From Octopus vulgaris (taxonomy: Eukaryota), in contig OX597816.1 of NCBI GenBank assembly GCA_951406725.2, positions 46,004,001 through 46,068,000 of the forward strand: 64,000 bases of DNA, in the 5' to 3' direction. This document shows, in pieces, positions 63,635 to 64,000 of this stretch. A program made the position numbers and the translations under genes. Each line of letters starts with the position of its first letter. The first letter of the stretch is position 1. The notes below the pieces were generated by a model, which saw nothing but the letters and a program-made list of their open reading frames with translations, was not told the DNA's origin and made no database searches.

Positions 63635-63760
63635 CTAGCTTTCCTTATTTACAAAAATGAGAATGTTTTTCTTGACCTAATATTCTCTCGGAATGGTCCG
63701 AATCTCCTCCACCTCGCCGTGCCGCACTTACATTCACCATTCGATTTCACCGGAAGTTTG
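63635..63760 (-). other. Candidate first exon of a minus-strand host gene with two alternative 5' splice sites
   Basis: TAG|GTAAGT (exon end 63635) and AAT|GTAAGT (exon end 63732), with an ATG at 63740. Confidence 0.55.
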
Positions 63761-63775
63761 CAACGAGACCACGTG
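63750..63775. promoter_or_regulatory. ETS motif CCGGAAGT (63750-63757) and E-box CACGTG (63770-63775)
   Basis: Exact core motifs next to the donor sites, as in many housekeeping-type promoters. Confidence 0.55.
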
Positions 63776-64000
63776 ATTACGCCCTTTCATTAGATACGAA
63801 ACACGCACTGCCTTAACTCCCTTCTCTCCAAATGAGCAACAATGTTCCACAACATCATCTGTTGTAGTTTTGTTCTTTTTTTCCTCTCTCTCTCTCTCTC
63901 TCTCTCACTTTCTCTATAATTGCATTCAACTTTTCAACTTCTTTCTCAAAATAAAATGACAAAATGCACATAGATATTATATGGTGTTATTTAAATTATT

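Larger units (their letters stand above)
61200..63830 (-). promoter_or_regulatory. CpG-retaining, transposon-free promoter-proximal region
   Basis: CpGs occur on most lines and there are no SINE/MITE copies, unlike the CpG-poor unique DNA to the left. Confidence 0.6.

Overview
AT-rich eukaryotic DNA, not prokaryotic. The SINE/MITE families and the dense (TA)/(CA)/(GAT) microsatellites look like an octopus (coleoid cephalopod) genome; this is recognition by eye, not a database result. I find no intact protein-coding gene. Nearly all listed ORFs are SINE or microsatellite artefacts or decayed transposon fragments. The best model is that the window is the very long first intron of a minus-strand gene. 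Its CpG-retaining, repeat-free promoter and first exon lie at about 63.6-63.8 kb (ETS and E-box motifs, two GTAAGT donors), with a possible internal alternative promoter and first exon at about 15-16.3 kb (RFX X-boxes, ATG GAG|gtaagg). The intron is packed with at least five SINE-like families (my labels A, B, C, D, H), two TTAA-targeting piggyBac-type MITE families (E, F), a non-autonomous Helitron, hAT and Tc1/mariner (maT-like) relics, and RTE, CR1/L2, Tx1 and Penelope-like fragments. The most notable signals are: (1) six minimal hammerhead-ribozyme-like motifs from several Penelope-like families, one locked inside a perfect 78-bp palindrome; (2) local templated duplications that copy SINE/flank junctions; (3) a headless retroposon built from hairpin-bearing units of about 65 bp; (4) candidate alternative phase-0 micro first exons. 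Repeat boundaries are approximate.
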